Shown here piece by piece: positions 9,417 to 17,631 of a DNA stretch of 64,000 nt. Position 1 is the stretch's first letter. Each line of letters opens with the position of its first letter. The stretch is from positions 32,001 through 96,000 of the forward strand of contig JBPOGH010000002.1 in NCBI GenBank assembly GCA_051252135.1, in the 5' to 3' direction. The stretch is from Verrucomicrobiaceae bacterium. GTDB taxonomy: Bacteria > Verrucomicrobiota > Verrucomicrobiia > Verrucomicrobiales > Akkermansiaceae. Below the pieces are notes generated by a model, which did no database searches, was not told the DNA's origin, and was given only the letters and a program-made list of their open reading frames with translations. The translations under genes and the position numbers were made by a program.

Positions 9417-11207
9417 ATGCCCACCATTCCGATCTCAGAAGCGAAAGCAGAATACGATGTTGTCATTGTTGGCTCCGGGGCCGGAGGTGGCCAGATGGCC
9501 TACACTCTAACCCTTGCGGGTCTGAAGTGTCTGATGCTGGAGGCGGGACGTTCCTATGATCCGGCCACCGAGACGGCGATGTTTCAGCGTGGTGACCAGG
9601 CGCCGTTGGGCGGGTCATCGACGCCGGACAAGAATTTTGGATTCTTTGATGCGACGGTGGATGGCGGTTGGCAAGTTCCGGACGAGCCTTATACGCAGGC
9701 GAGCGACAAGGCGGAGGAGCAGTTTATGTGGTGGCGTGCGCGCATGATGGGCGGGCGGACGAATCACTGGGGTCGGATCTCGCTGCGGAACGGGCCTTAT
9801 GATTTTAAGCCATATTCGCGGGACGGGCTCGGCTTTGACTGGCCGATTTCCTATGATGATCTGGAGCCCTACTACACGAAGGTGGAGAAGCTCATTGGGG
9901 TTTATGGGACGAATGAAGGGATGGAAAATACTCCCGATTCTCCTACGGGAGTTTTGCAGCCGCCGCCGAAGGGCCGGGTGGGTGATTTGATGATTCAGAA
10001 GCACGCAAAGAAAGCGGGCGTGCCGGTGGTGCCGATTCACCGGGCGGTGCTGACGAAGCCGCAGGACGGGCCGAAGTTGTCTGCGGAACTTCATCCCGAT
10101 GATCCCGAGGCGCAGAAGATTGTGTCGCAGTCGATGTCATCGCGGGCGGCCTGTTTTTGGGCGACGGATTGTGGTCGTGGCTGCAGCATCCGCGCAAACT
10201 ATCAAAGCACGACGGTGCATCTGCCGCCCGCGTTGGCGACGGGGAATTTGGATATCATTCCGAATGCGCATGTGCGTGAAGTGATCGTGGGGAAGGATGG
10301 GAAGGCGAAGGGGGTGCTCTTTATCGACAAGACGACAGGCAGGGAAGAGCGGGTGAAAGGGAAGGCGGTGGTGCTGGCGGCGAGCAGTGGTGAGACGGTG
10401 CGGATTCTTTTGAATTCCAACAGTGGCGAGGGGATTGCGAACTCGAGCGGCTTGGTTGGGAAATACATCATGGATACGGTGGGGTCGGATATGTTGGGAC
10501 AGATTCCCGCATTGGAGAATCTTCCGGCGCACAACGATGATGGAGCGGGCGGGTGTCATTTCTACAGTCCGTGGTGGCTCTACAAGGAGCAGAAGGCGGG
10601 CAAGCTCGACTTCGCGCGTGGATACCATATCGAGATCGGCGGAACGCGCAGTATGCCGAAGGGAAACAGCCCGGTGCCGGGTCAGTATCTGAAAGGCCTC
10701 TACGGGACGAAGCTCAAGGAAGAGGCGCGGCGTTACTATGGGTCCTTTGTTCACCTGGCTTGTCGGGGAGAGATGATTCCGAACGAGGGGTCTTTTGCGG
10801 AGCTGGATTCCGAGGTGAAGGACAAGTGGGGGATTCCGGTGATGAAGTGGCACTGGAAATGGAGCGAGCACGAACTCAACATGGCGGCTCATGCCCAGAA
10901 GACCTTTGGTGAAGTGTTCGAGGCGGCGGGAGGCAAGGGTCTCTACGATCCGAAGCGGGATGGGCGCAAGGCGATCCTGAAGGGAGGGCAGGTCATTCAC
11001 GAAGTGGGTGGCGCGATCATGGGGGCCGACGGGAAGAAGTCGGTCTGCAATGAATGGAACCAAACGTGGGATATCAAGAATCTCCTCCTGTGCGACGGGT
11101 CGCCTTTTGCCTCGAATGCGGACAAGAATCCCACGGAAACCATCATGGCGCTCGCGTGGCGGGCGGCGGATCGCCTTATTGAAGAAGCCCGGAAAGGAAA
11201 CCTCTAA
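9417..11207 (+). CDS. GMC-family FAD oxidoreductase (glycoside 3-dehydrogenase-like flavoprotein subunit)
   Basis: VGSGAGG Rossmann motif, GGRTNHWG, C-x4-C-x3-C Fe-S motif (CFWATDCGRGC), HEVGG, NPT. Confidence 0.92.
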   Translation: MPTIPISEAKAEYDVVIVGSGAGGGQMAYTLTLAGLKCLMLEAGRSYDPATETAMFQRGDQAPLGGSSTPDKNFGFFDATVDGGWQVPDEPYTQASDKAEEQFMWWRARMMGGRTNHWGRISLRNGPYDFKPYSRDGLGFDWPISYDDLEPYYTKVEKLIGVYGTNEGMENTPDSPTGVLQPPPKGRVGDLMIQKHAKKAGVPVVPIHRAVLTKPQDGPKLSAELHPDDPEAQKIVSQSMSSRAACFWATDCGRGCSIRANYQSTTVHLPPALATGNLDIIPNAHVREVIVGKDGKAKGVLFIDKTTGREERVKGKAVVLAASSGETVRILLNSNSGEGIANSSGLVGKYIMDTVGSDMLGQIPALENLPAHNDDGAGGCHFYSPWWLYKEQKAGKLDFARGYHIEIGGTRSMPKGNSPVPGQYLKGLYGTKLKEEARRYYGSFVHLACRGEMIPNEGSFAELDSEVKDKWGIPVMKWHWKWSEHELNMAAHAQKTFGEVFEAAGGKGLYDPKRDGRKAILKGGQVIHEVGGAIMGADGKKSVCNEWNQTWDIKNLLLCDGSPFASNADKNPTETIMALAWRAADRLIEEARKGNL

Positions 11208-11220
11208 ACGCAACAGAAAC

Positions 11221-11844
11221 ATGAATTCACAGAATACAGAAAATCGCCTTTCCCGTCGTCACGTTCTTGGATGGTTCGCGGCCGCGGCTGCGACCGAAGG
11301 GCTTGCGTTGCCGTCCTTTGGGCAATCGGTGCAGCCGGCGACCAAGGGTTACGGACAGGACCCGGTGCTCAACAAGAATTACGAGCCGGGTGAAGTGTGG
11401 CCGCTTCTATTTTCAGCGAAAGAGAAGAAGGCTGCGACGGCCCTGGCGGATGTCATTTTACCGAAGGATGAATTTGGTCCGGCGGCGAGCGAGGTGCGGG
11501 TGCCTGACTTTGTTGATGAATGGATCAGTGCTCCTTATCCAAGACAGGAGGGGGACCGGGGGGTGATTATTCCGGGTCTCAAGAAGCTCGATGAAGAATG
11601 CCGGAAGCATTTTCAAAAAGACTTCGCTGACCTTGGTGCGGCGCAAAAGACAGCGGTCTGTGACGAGATGGCGAAGGGGGATTATTTTTTTCACCTCTTC
11701 ACGTTGATTGCCTCGGGAGCGTACTACAGCACGCAGGAGGGGTGGCAGGCGATTGGTTACAAGGGGAATACGCCGACGGTGACCTTTGATGGTCCACCGA
11801 AGGAGGTGCTGGACCGGCTGGGGCTGGAGCAGACGGTGGAGTGA
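11221..11844 (+). CDS. Gluconate 2-dehydrogenase subunit 3 family protein (Tat 'hitch-hiker' subunit)
   Basis: Tat motif SRRHVL; LADVILP, PAASE.VPDF.D, YYST.EG..IGY.GN; directly downstream of the GMC gene. Confidence 0.9.
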   Translation: MNSQNTENRLSRRHVLGWFAAAAATEGLALPSFGQSVQPATKGYGQDPVLNKNYEPGEVWPLLFSAKEKKAATALADVILPKDEFGPAASEVRVPDFVDEWISAPYPRQEGDRGVIIPGLKKLDEECRKHFQKDFADLGAAQKTAVCDEMAKGDYFFHLFTLIASGAYYSTQEGWQAIGYKGNTPTVTFDGPPKEVLDRLGLEQTVE

Positions 11845-11883
11845 GGTGTCGGGTTCCGGTTGATTCGAGGGTTCTGTGAGAGT

Positions 11884-11900
11884 GTCCCCCTTTTGGGGAC
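11884..11900. promoter_or_regulatory. Palindromic candidate operator GTCCCC-N5-GGGGAC, copy 3 (could also act as a + strand terminator)
   Basis: GTCCCC-CTTTT-GGGGAC followed by TATTTTTTT; lies after the GMC operon and upstream of the short ORF at 12043. Confidence 0.5.
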
Positions 11901-12042
11901 TATTTTTTTGGAGGGGGAGCGACCTAAGCTGGGGAAAGGTGCGAGCTTCATGATTCATCGTGGGGAAGCACCGGGCTTATCGCAATCGGTTTGTTTTTAA
12001 GCCTGTGAGTGATCAGCGATTGAGAACCAACGTTTAGATACA

Positions 12043-12204
12043 ATGAAGACAAAGAAGATGATTACGCAGATAGCAGCCTTCGGCCTGATGGCCACTTTGG
12101 CTGATGGTGCCACTCTCCGCTACAATGGGAGCGGGAATTGGAATGATGTTTCCAATAATGACAGCGGGTGGGGGGAGAAAGGAGAGGTTTCGGAAGTCGA
12201 GTAA
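12043..12204 (+). pseudogene. Short ORF (53 aa), probably the 5' remnant of a secreted/PEP-CTERM-type gene
   Basis: Hand translation MKTKKMITQIAAFGLMATLADGATLRYNGSGNWNDVSNNDSGWGEKGEVSEVE*: signal peptide plus an N-G-S-G-N-W start typical of such proteins, then an early stop. Confidence 0.5.
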
Positions 12205-12382
12205 TCGATGAGGGTGGCAGGCGAAGATGCGGGGGGCTCCGGCTCGGCTGCCTGTGAGGTAAAAAAGGGGAGCAGGAGGGGTGTTTTCACCAGCGGGTTA
12301 ATGATGTCCCGACGGCATCATGTTTCTTGGTGGATTGAGACAAGGAAGCCCCTTTAAAACGAGGGTCAAATTTGAGAATTTG

Positions 12383-12970
12383 TTACCTCTTACGGCGAAC
12401 AACGAGACCGATCGCACTCAGACCCACAAGAGCCGTGCTTGAGGGCTCAGGGGTTGTTGTGAACGTTGTTGTGCTGATTCCATGGAGGGTAGAAGTGCTC
12501 GTTGAGTTGTAATCAAAGGCGATGTTTGGCCCGTTCGTAATGACAGAAGACTGGTTGGTAACAGGAGCCGAGGTATTTACCGACAACACGTTTCCTGAAA
12601 AAGTATGGATGGGATTGATGGTGCCCGGGGATGCAATGGGGCTAAAGTTTAAGATCGATTCGATGCCCACCTGATCAATGTGCCAAAAAGACTGCTCGAT
12701 GGTAGCGATTGGGTCTCCGCCTGTAATGGCGATGTTGTATCCAACGTTGGATCCTTGAGTGGTGCGGCTGAAATACCAACCGAAATTCGCCGCATTCGCT
12801 ACGACAAAGTTGCTATTGGTTCCGGTGAGAATGGCCGTGTAGGTCCCGTTACTCCAAGTCAGCTCGGCTGGAGCAGTTTGAGTGGAGGTCGACCAATCAA
12901 TCACGAAAGTCTGTGCATTTGCAGCTGCTGCTGTGGCTATCGCGGCGATGATGATTAAGGTGGTTTTCAT
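12383..12970 (-). CDS. PEP-CTERM sorting domain protein
   Basis: Signal peptide, Ser/Thr/Asn-rich body, C-terminal PEPSSTALVGLSAIGLVVRRKR. Confidence 0.93.
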   Translation of the reverse strand: MKTTLIIIAAIATAAAANAQTFVIDWSTSTQTAPAELTWSNGTYTAILTGTNSNFVVANAANFGWYFSRTTQGSNVGYNIAITGGDPIATIEQSFWHIDQVGIESILNFSPIASPGTINPIHTFSGNVLSVNTSAPVTNQSSVITNGPNIAFDYNSTSTSTLHGISTTTFTTTPEPSSTALVGLSAIGLVVRRKR

Positions 12971-13221
12971 GGGGAAGTGATTGGGGACGCGAATCCTGAC
13001 ATTCTTGAGGGTGGCGATAATATCAAAATTTAATAAGTTATCAACATTTATTAACAGTGGTGTTAAGAGGGTCTATCCCGCAGTGCGTACAGGAGAGAGT
13101 AGTCTACTGCATCTTCTTAGCTTAAATGGTTTTAAGGTGGGGTGAGTCGGCTTGATGTAAGGCGGAGATGCGCGTACCAAGCGATGTCGGGGACTTTAGG
13201 GTGAAAGCACCCAAGGGTAAT

Positions 13222-14649
13222 TTATTTGGGCTGCTTATTGGATGTGGAGGATGCCTTGCATGGCTTGCCAGTTCTTGCCAGGACCCTGAGGGCTTGGTGG
13301 TCGACTTTTGCATTGTGGCGGGAGTCGGTGGGGATTTTGTCGATGCGTTGAACGTGTTCGATGTTGGCCCAGGGGAGTTGTTTTTGGATTTCGGGGATGG
13401 CTTCTTCGAGGTAGAGGGTTCCCTGATGGAAGGCGCAGCGATGGTGGGGATAGAGGGCGCGGACGGCGGCTTCGACCTGGAGGGGGTAGAGGTTTTGCCA
13501 TTGTTGGGAATGGCGTCCAAGGAGCCAGAGCCGGCCCTGGTCATCGAGGCGTCCAGCATCGCCGGTGCGGTGCCAGATTTGACCATCGAGGGTGATTTTG
13601 TTTTCGGTATCGCCATGACCATCGAGGTAGCCTTTGAGGACGTGCGGGCCGGTGACGAGGATTTCGTCGTCAATGATGCGAAGTTGGATTTGGTCGACGG
13701 GTGTTCCGGCGGGGAGTCCTTTTCCGGAGGCGATGAGGTGTTGGATTTCGGGGGTGAGTTGGGAGGCGGGGAAGTGGGCGATGGGTTCGGCTTCGGAGGA
13801 GCCGTAGACGGCGTGGAACTTGTCGGGGTGGCGGGCGAGGAGATCGGAGAAGACAGGGGCGCCGCCGGTGTGGAGTTCGGTCATGGGGGTGAAGAACTCG
13901 GGCGGAAGGGCTTCGAAAAAGGCGGGTGAGGCGGTGCAGCGGGTGATGTGGTGTTGTCGGACTTGAGCGAGGATTTTGGGGGCGTCGGGGAAACCGGGTC
14001 GGGTGAGGTCGGTGTCGGCAATGACGCTGGTGAGCCCGTGGGAGAGATTGGAGAGGAGGAAGACGGGAAGGGTGACGAGATCGACTTGGCCGGGTTTTAG
14101 GCGGAGGCTTTCGGAGAGGGTTTCGTCCTGGGCCAAGAGGAATTGGTGGGAGCGGACGATCCCTTTTGGGGTGCCGGTGGAGCCGCTGGTGAAGGTGATG
14201 AGGGCGGGGTGTTCGGGGGGGAGGTCGACGAGTTGGCAGGGTGAGTTTTTGGGGTTCCAATGGTGGGTGAAGGGAAGCTTGGGTCCGGTGGAAAAGGCGT
14301 TTCTAAGTCGACGGTATTTGAGGCGGAGGAGTTGGGCCTTGGGGCTGCCGAGGAAGGCTTTAGGCGGGAGCCAATCGAGGCATTGGTTGATGAATTGAGA
14401 GCCCTTGGCGGGATCGACGAGGATGACGGTGAGTCCGGCGTGGAAGCAGCTGAGGAGGATTTCGTAGAGCTCAATGGTGATGGGATGGAGGACGAGGACG
14501 GGGTCGCCAATTTGGAGTCCCTTTTCGCGGAGAAGTTGGGCGCCGCCTTGAACGCGTTGGTTGAGTACGCCGAAGGTGATCGATCGGTCGCGATCGATGA
14601 TCGCCACGTGATCGGGGTTTTGTTCTGCGAGCTTGTGGACGAGATTCAT
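13222..14649 (-). CDS. AMP-binding enzyme (acyl-CoA ligase / OleC-like ANL family)
   Basis: FTSGSTGTPKG, YGSSEAEP, WHRTGDAG, HNAKVD. Confidence 0.9.
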   Translation of the reverse strand: MNLVHKLAEQNPDHVAIIDRDRSITFGVLNQRVQGGAQLLREKGLQIGDPVLVLHPITIELYEILLSCFHAGLTVILVDPAKGSQFINQCLDWLPPKAFLGSPKAQLLRLKYRRLRNAFSTGPKLPFTHHWNPKNSPCQLVDLPPEHPALITFTSGSTGTPKGIVRSHQFLLAQDETLSESLRLKPGQVDLVTLPVFLLSNLSHGLTSVIADTDLTRPGFPDAPKILAQVRQHHITRCTASPAFFEALPPEFFTPMTELHTGGAPVFSDLLARHPDKFHAVYGSSEAEPIAHFPASQLTPEIQHLIASGKGLPAGTPVDQIQLRIIDDEILVTGPHVLKGYLDGHGDTENKITLDGQIWHRTGDAGRLDDQGRLWLLGRHSQQWQNLYPLQVEAAVRALYPHHRCAFHQGTLYLEEAIPEIQKQLPWANIEHVQRIDKIPTDSRHNAKVDHQALRVLARTGKPCKASSTSNKQPK

Positions 14650-15467
14650 AGCGTCCTGGAGAAGAGGGCGTAGCGTCGGAAGACGTGGGCGTGGAAGCGG
14701 GAGCTGATGCGGAGGGATTGGTTGTCCTCGCGCTGAAGGGCGTGGATGGCTTCGGTGTGGTTGTGTTGGCGGGCGGCGTTTTGGATGCGTTCGACGAGGA
14801 GGGTGCCGAGGCCGGCGAAGCGCCGTTCGGGGAGGACGGCGAGGGTTTTAACGATGAAGGTGGGGGCTTGGGAGAAGCCGAAGACGAAGCCGACGAGGTC
14901 GTCTTCCGACTCGGCGAGGAAGGCGGACTCAGGAGTGAGGTGTTGGGCGAAGGCGAGATAGGACTGAAGGAATTCGCTTTCGGTGATGGGGGTGTAGAGG
15001 AAGTTTTGGGTGAAAGTTTGGAGGCTGAGAGCGAAGATTTTTTTGAGATCGGATTCGAGGTTGTCGAGATCGAGGGTGCGGATGGAAACGTGATGCAGTC
15101 GGTTTTCAAGGCGGGTGAGATCGGGTGGCGGGACGGTGAGGTCGAGGAGGGAAGAGGAGTAGCGGGCGAGGGTTTGGTAGCCGGCGGACTCGAAGAGGCT
15201 GGCGGTTTCGGGTGGAGTGATGGGCTCCAGGAGGAAGGGTGGGCGGCCATCGGATTCGATGACGGCCCGGTGGGTGCGCCAGGTGTTTCCTTCCATGGGG
15301 CCAATGGCGAGGGTGCAGCCTTGCGCGCGGAGGTGGTCTTCGGCATCGGCGAGATCGGTTGCACTTTGAGGAATGCCGAGGCAGCCGATGGTGTGGTCGG
15401 GCAGGGTAGGGACGTCCTTCCACCAGAGGCCAAGAGAGTTGTTGATGAGGTGATCGGGGGTGGTCAT
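14646..15467 (-). CDS. GNAT-family N-acyltransferase
   Basis: KTLAVLPERRFAGLGTLL acyl-CoA-binding motif; IGPMEG in the N-terminal half; ATGA overlap with the next gene. Confidence 0.8.
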   Translation of the reverse strand: MTTPDHLINNSLGLWWKDVPTLPDHTIGCLGIPQSATDLADAEDHLRAQGCTLAIGPMEGNTWRTHRAVIESDGRPPFLLEPITPPETASLFESAGYQTLARYSSSLLDLTVPPPDLTRLENRLHHVSIRTLDLDNLESDLKKIFALSLQTFTQNFLYTPITESEFLQSYLAFAQHLTPESAFLAESEDDLVGFVFGFSQAPTFIVKTLAVLPERRFAGLGTLLVERIQNAARQHNHTEAIHALQREDNQSLRISSRFHAHVFRRYALFSRTL

Positions 15468-16660
15468 GAAAGGAGGGCGATGAGGGAAAACCCGTAGGCG
15501 AGGATCGCTTGTTCGAAGCGGGAGAGCGAGCCAAGGAAGCGGGAGGCGACAGGGAGAATGAGGAGGGCGGGGTGAAGGCAGGAGCTAACAAGTGCGATGA
15601 GGGTCACCTTGATCAAGCAGATGAAGGTGGCTGGCGGCTTGTTGAGATGGGCCTGCGTGGCGGCGTGAAGGAGTGCTACTTGGGTGAGGATGGTGAGGCA
15701 AAATCCCTGGTAGCAGATCGCATCGGGGATGGAGGTGGTGACTTTGAGAGCGATCCAAATGAGGCCGGGAAGGGCGACGGCGGCGACGGAATCGGCGCTG
15801 TGCTCCATCTTTTTGAGCTCGGGATAGAATCGGGTGGTCGCGAGGTGGATGAGAAAGAGGGTGATGGGGGCAATGAGGTATTCTTTTCCTCCGAGGGCGA
15901 AGGAGAGGTAGCCGAAGATGATGGCGCTGAGAAGGCCACCGCCGTTGAGGCTGGTGAGTCGGCGGACAAAGAAGAGAGAGGTGCCGAGGGCGAAGATGAT
16001 GCCGATCCGGGCAAGGAGTTCGGTCCAGGTGAGGTCGTTGAGGAAGAAGAGAAGGGCGTAGACGGTGATGGGGAGGAGAAGGTTATCGATGCCGGCACCC
16101 AGAACGCCTTCCGCCATGGTGGCGACGAGGGCAACGACGGTGGCGATGAGGAGGGCGGTGATGAGATCGTGATGGATGCCGCTGGCCCAGGTGATGAGGA
16201 AGCTGACGAGGAAGACGGCGAGGGAGCCTTCGAGTGATTTTTGTCCGGCGTTGGTGCGGTAGTGGTGCTTGCCGAAGCGGCGTCCGATGAGCGCGCCGGC
16301 GGTATCGGCAAAGGTGAGGATGCCAATGGCGGGAAGGTAGGTGGAGGGTGAGCCATCGGAGAGTCGGAAGACGATGGCGACACCGACGGGGAAGAGGAGT
16401 TCGCCGAAGGAGAGGCGTTGGACGCGGTGGAGAACGTCGCCAATTTTGGGTTTGAGCCAGCGCAGAAGAAGGAGGCTGATGACGGCAAGGGCGGCGAGGA
16501 GGTCGACGTGGGCGGGGTCTTCGAAGAGCCAGGGAAAGCTGAGGCAGATGGTGCCCATTCCGAGGTGGACGAGCTTGCGGCTGCCTTCCGCGCTGAGGTG
16601 CAGGCGATGGGTAATGAGAAGGAGGGCGAGAAGTGCGCCGATGACGATGAGGATGTTCAC
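15464..16660 (-). CDS. Membrane CTP-dependent isoprenoid-alcohol kinase-like protein (phytol/dolichol kinase, CTP_transf_1) with extra C-terminal TM region
   Basis: RKLVH, D..GALIG.RFGK, KSLEGS and DNL motifs; many hydrophobic segments. Confidence 0.8.
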   Translation of the reverse strand: MNILIVIGALLALLLITHRLHLSAEGSRKLVHLGMGTICLSFPWLFEDPAHVDLLAALAVISLLLLRWLKPKIGDVLHRVQRLSFGELLFPVGVAIVFRLSDGSPSTYLPAIGILTFADTAGALIGRRFGKHHYRTNAGQKSLEGSLAVFLVSFLITWASGIHHDLITALLIATVVALVATMAEGVLGAGIDNLLLPITVYALLFFLNDLTWTELLARIGIIFALGTSLFFVRRLTSLNGGGLLSAIIFGYLSFALGGKEYLIAPITLFLIHLATTRFYPELKKMEHSADSVAAVALPGLIWIALKVTTSIPDAICYQGFCLTILTQVALLHAATQAHLNKPPATFICLIKVTLIALVSSCLHPALLILPVASRFLGSLSRFEQAILAYGFSLIALLS

Positions 16661-17631
16661 GAGACTTCTTCGACGAGGAAGCGGGAGTAAAAGAAGGCGC
16701 GGTCTTCACGGAAGAGGGCGTCTGATTCTTCGGGAAGAAGAGTGATGTTCGGGTGATTCGACTGGCGGGGAGCGAGCATGTTCCAGTAGGCAAGGCGGGC
16801 TCCGGAAGTGCTGTGGTCGGCGATCTTTTGAAGGAGGGAGGCGGTCGATTCTTCACTCATGTATTCGAAGATATCACTGAGGTTAAAGGCGTCGTATTTC
16901 CGGCCATCAAGAGCGGCTTCGAGTGGAGACTCAATGATGGTGAGGCGATCTTCGCGGAGAGCGGTGCGGATTTTTTGGAAGGATTCTTCCTGAAGGGCGA
17001 GGGGGAGGGTCTTACCGTAGTGGCCTTTGAGGATCCAGTGGAGGTAGGGATTTTGGGAGGGGTCGAGCTCGACGAGGGCGTAGCGGGCGCGGTCGAGGAT
17101 GCGGTCGGCAACCGAGCCTTCAACGTAGTCGAAGAACGCGGGGTCGCGTCCGAGTCGGCCCATGACGAAGCGGGAGAAGAAGAGCTTGAAAATGGCGCGC
17201 CAGCGGAAGGTGTTCCAGGTGGTGCGATAGAATTCGGCACGTTCTCCGGAGGTGCGCGGAGTGAGGAGTTGCTCGATGCGTTTTTGGGAATGAGCGAGGG
17301 GGAGGACGCGGGTACGAAATATTTCGAAGTAGCGTTCAAATTTTCCGCGGGAGGCGGTGACGGTTTTAAGGAAGTCGGGGTAGTCGAGATTGAGGTAGGC
17401 GTCGCGTCGTAGCTTGATGCAGGCGATCTGGGCCGGGTTCATCTCGACGGCGGTGACGTGCGCTGCGCCGGCGGCGAGGAGGGCGAAGGAATTGTCGCCG
17501 GCGGAACCGATGGAGAGGCAGCGGCGTCCTTCGTGCGCCTTGAGGGCTTTGACGAGGATGTCGGCGTCCTCCCAGCATTGTCCGTAGCGGACTTGGGAGA
17601 ACTCGGCGCGGGATTGGATTTCACTCTTCAT
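16657..17631 (-). CDS. DUF3419 family protein (BtaA-like SAM-dependent 3-amino-3-carboxypropyl transferase)
   Basis: YGQCWED, SIGSAGDN, GKFE, NPY, FNLSDIFEYM, DRAFFY. Confidence 0.85.
   Translation of the reverse strand: MKSEIQSRAEFSQVRYGQCWEDADILVKALKAHEGRRCLSIGSAGDNSFALLAAGAAHVTAVEMNPAQIACIKLRRDAYLNLDYPDFLKTVTASRGKFERYFEIFRTRVLPLAHSQKRIEQLLTPRTSGERAEFYRTTWNTFRWRAIFKLFFSRFVMGRLGRDPAFFDYVEGSVADRILDRARYALVELDPSQNPYLHWILKGHYGKTLPLALQEESFQKIRTALREDRLTIIESPLEAALDGRKYDAFNLSDIFEYMSEESTASLLQKIADHSTSGARLAYWNMLAPRQSNHPNITLLPEESDALFREDRAFFYSRFLVEEVS

Noticed and set aside
16657..17631. Standard betaine lipid (DGTS) btaAB locus
   Set aside because: No BtaB-type methyltransferase is adjacent or recognised in the window.
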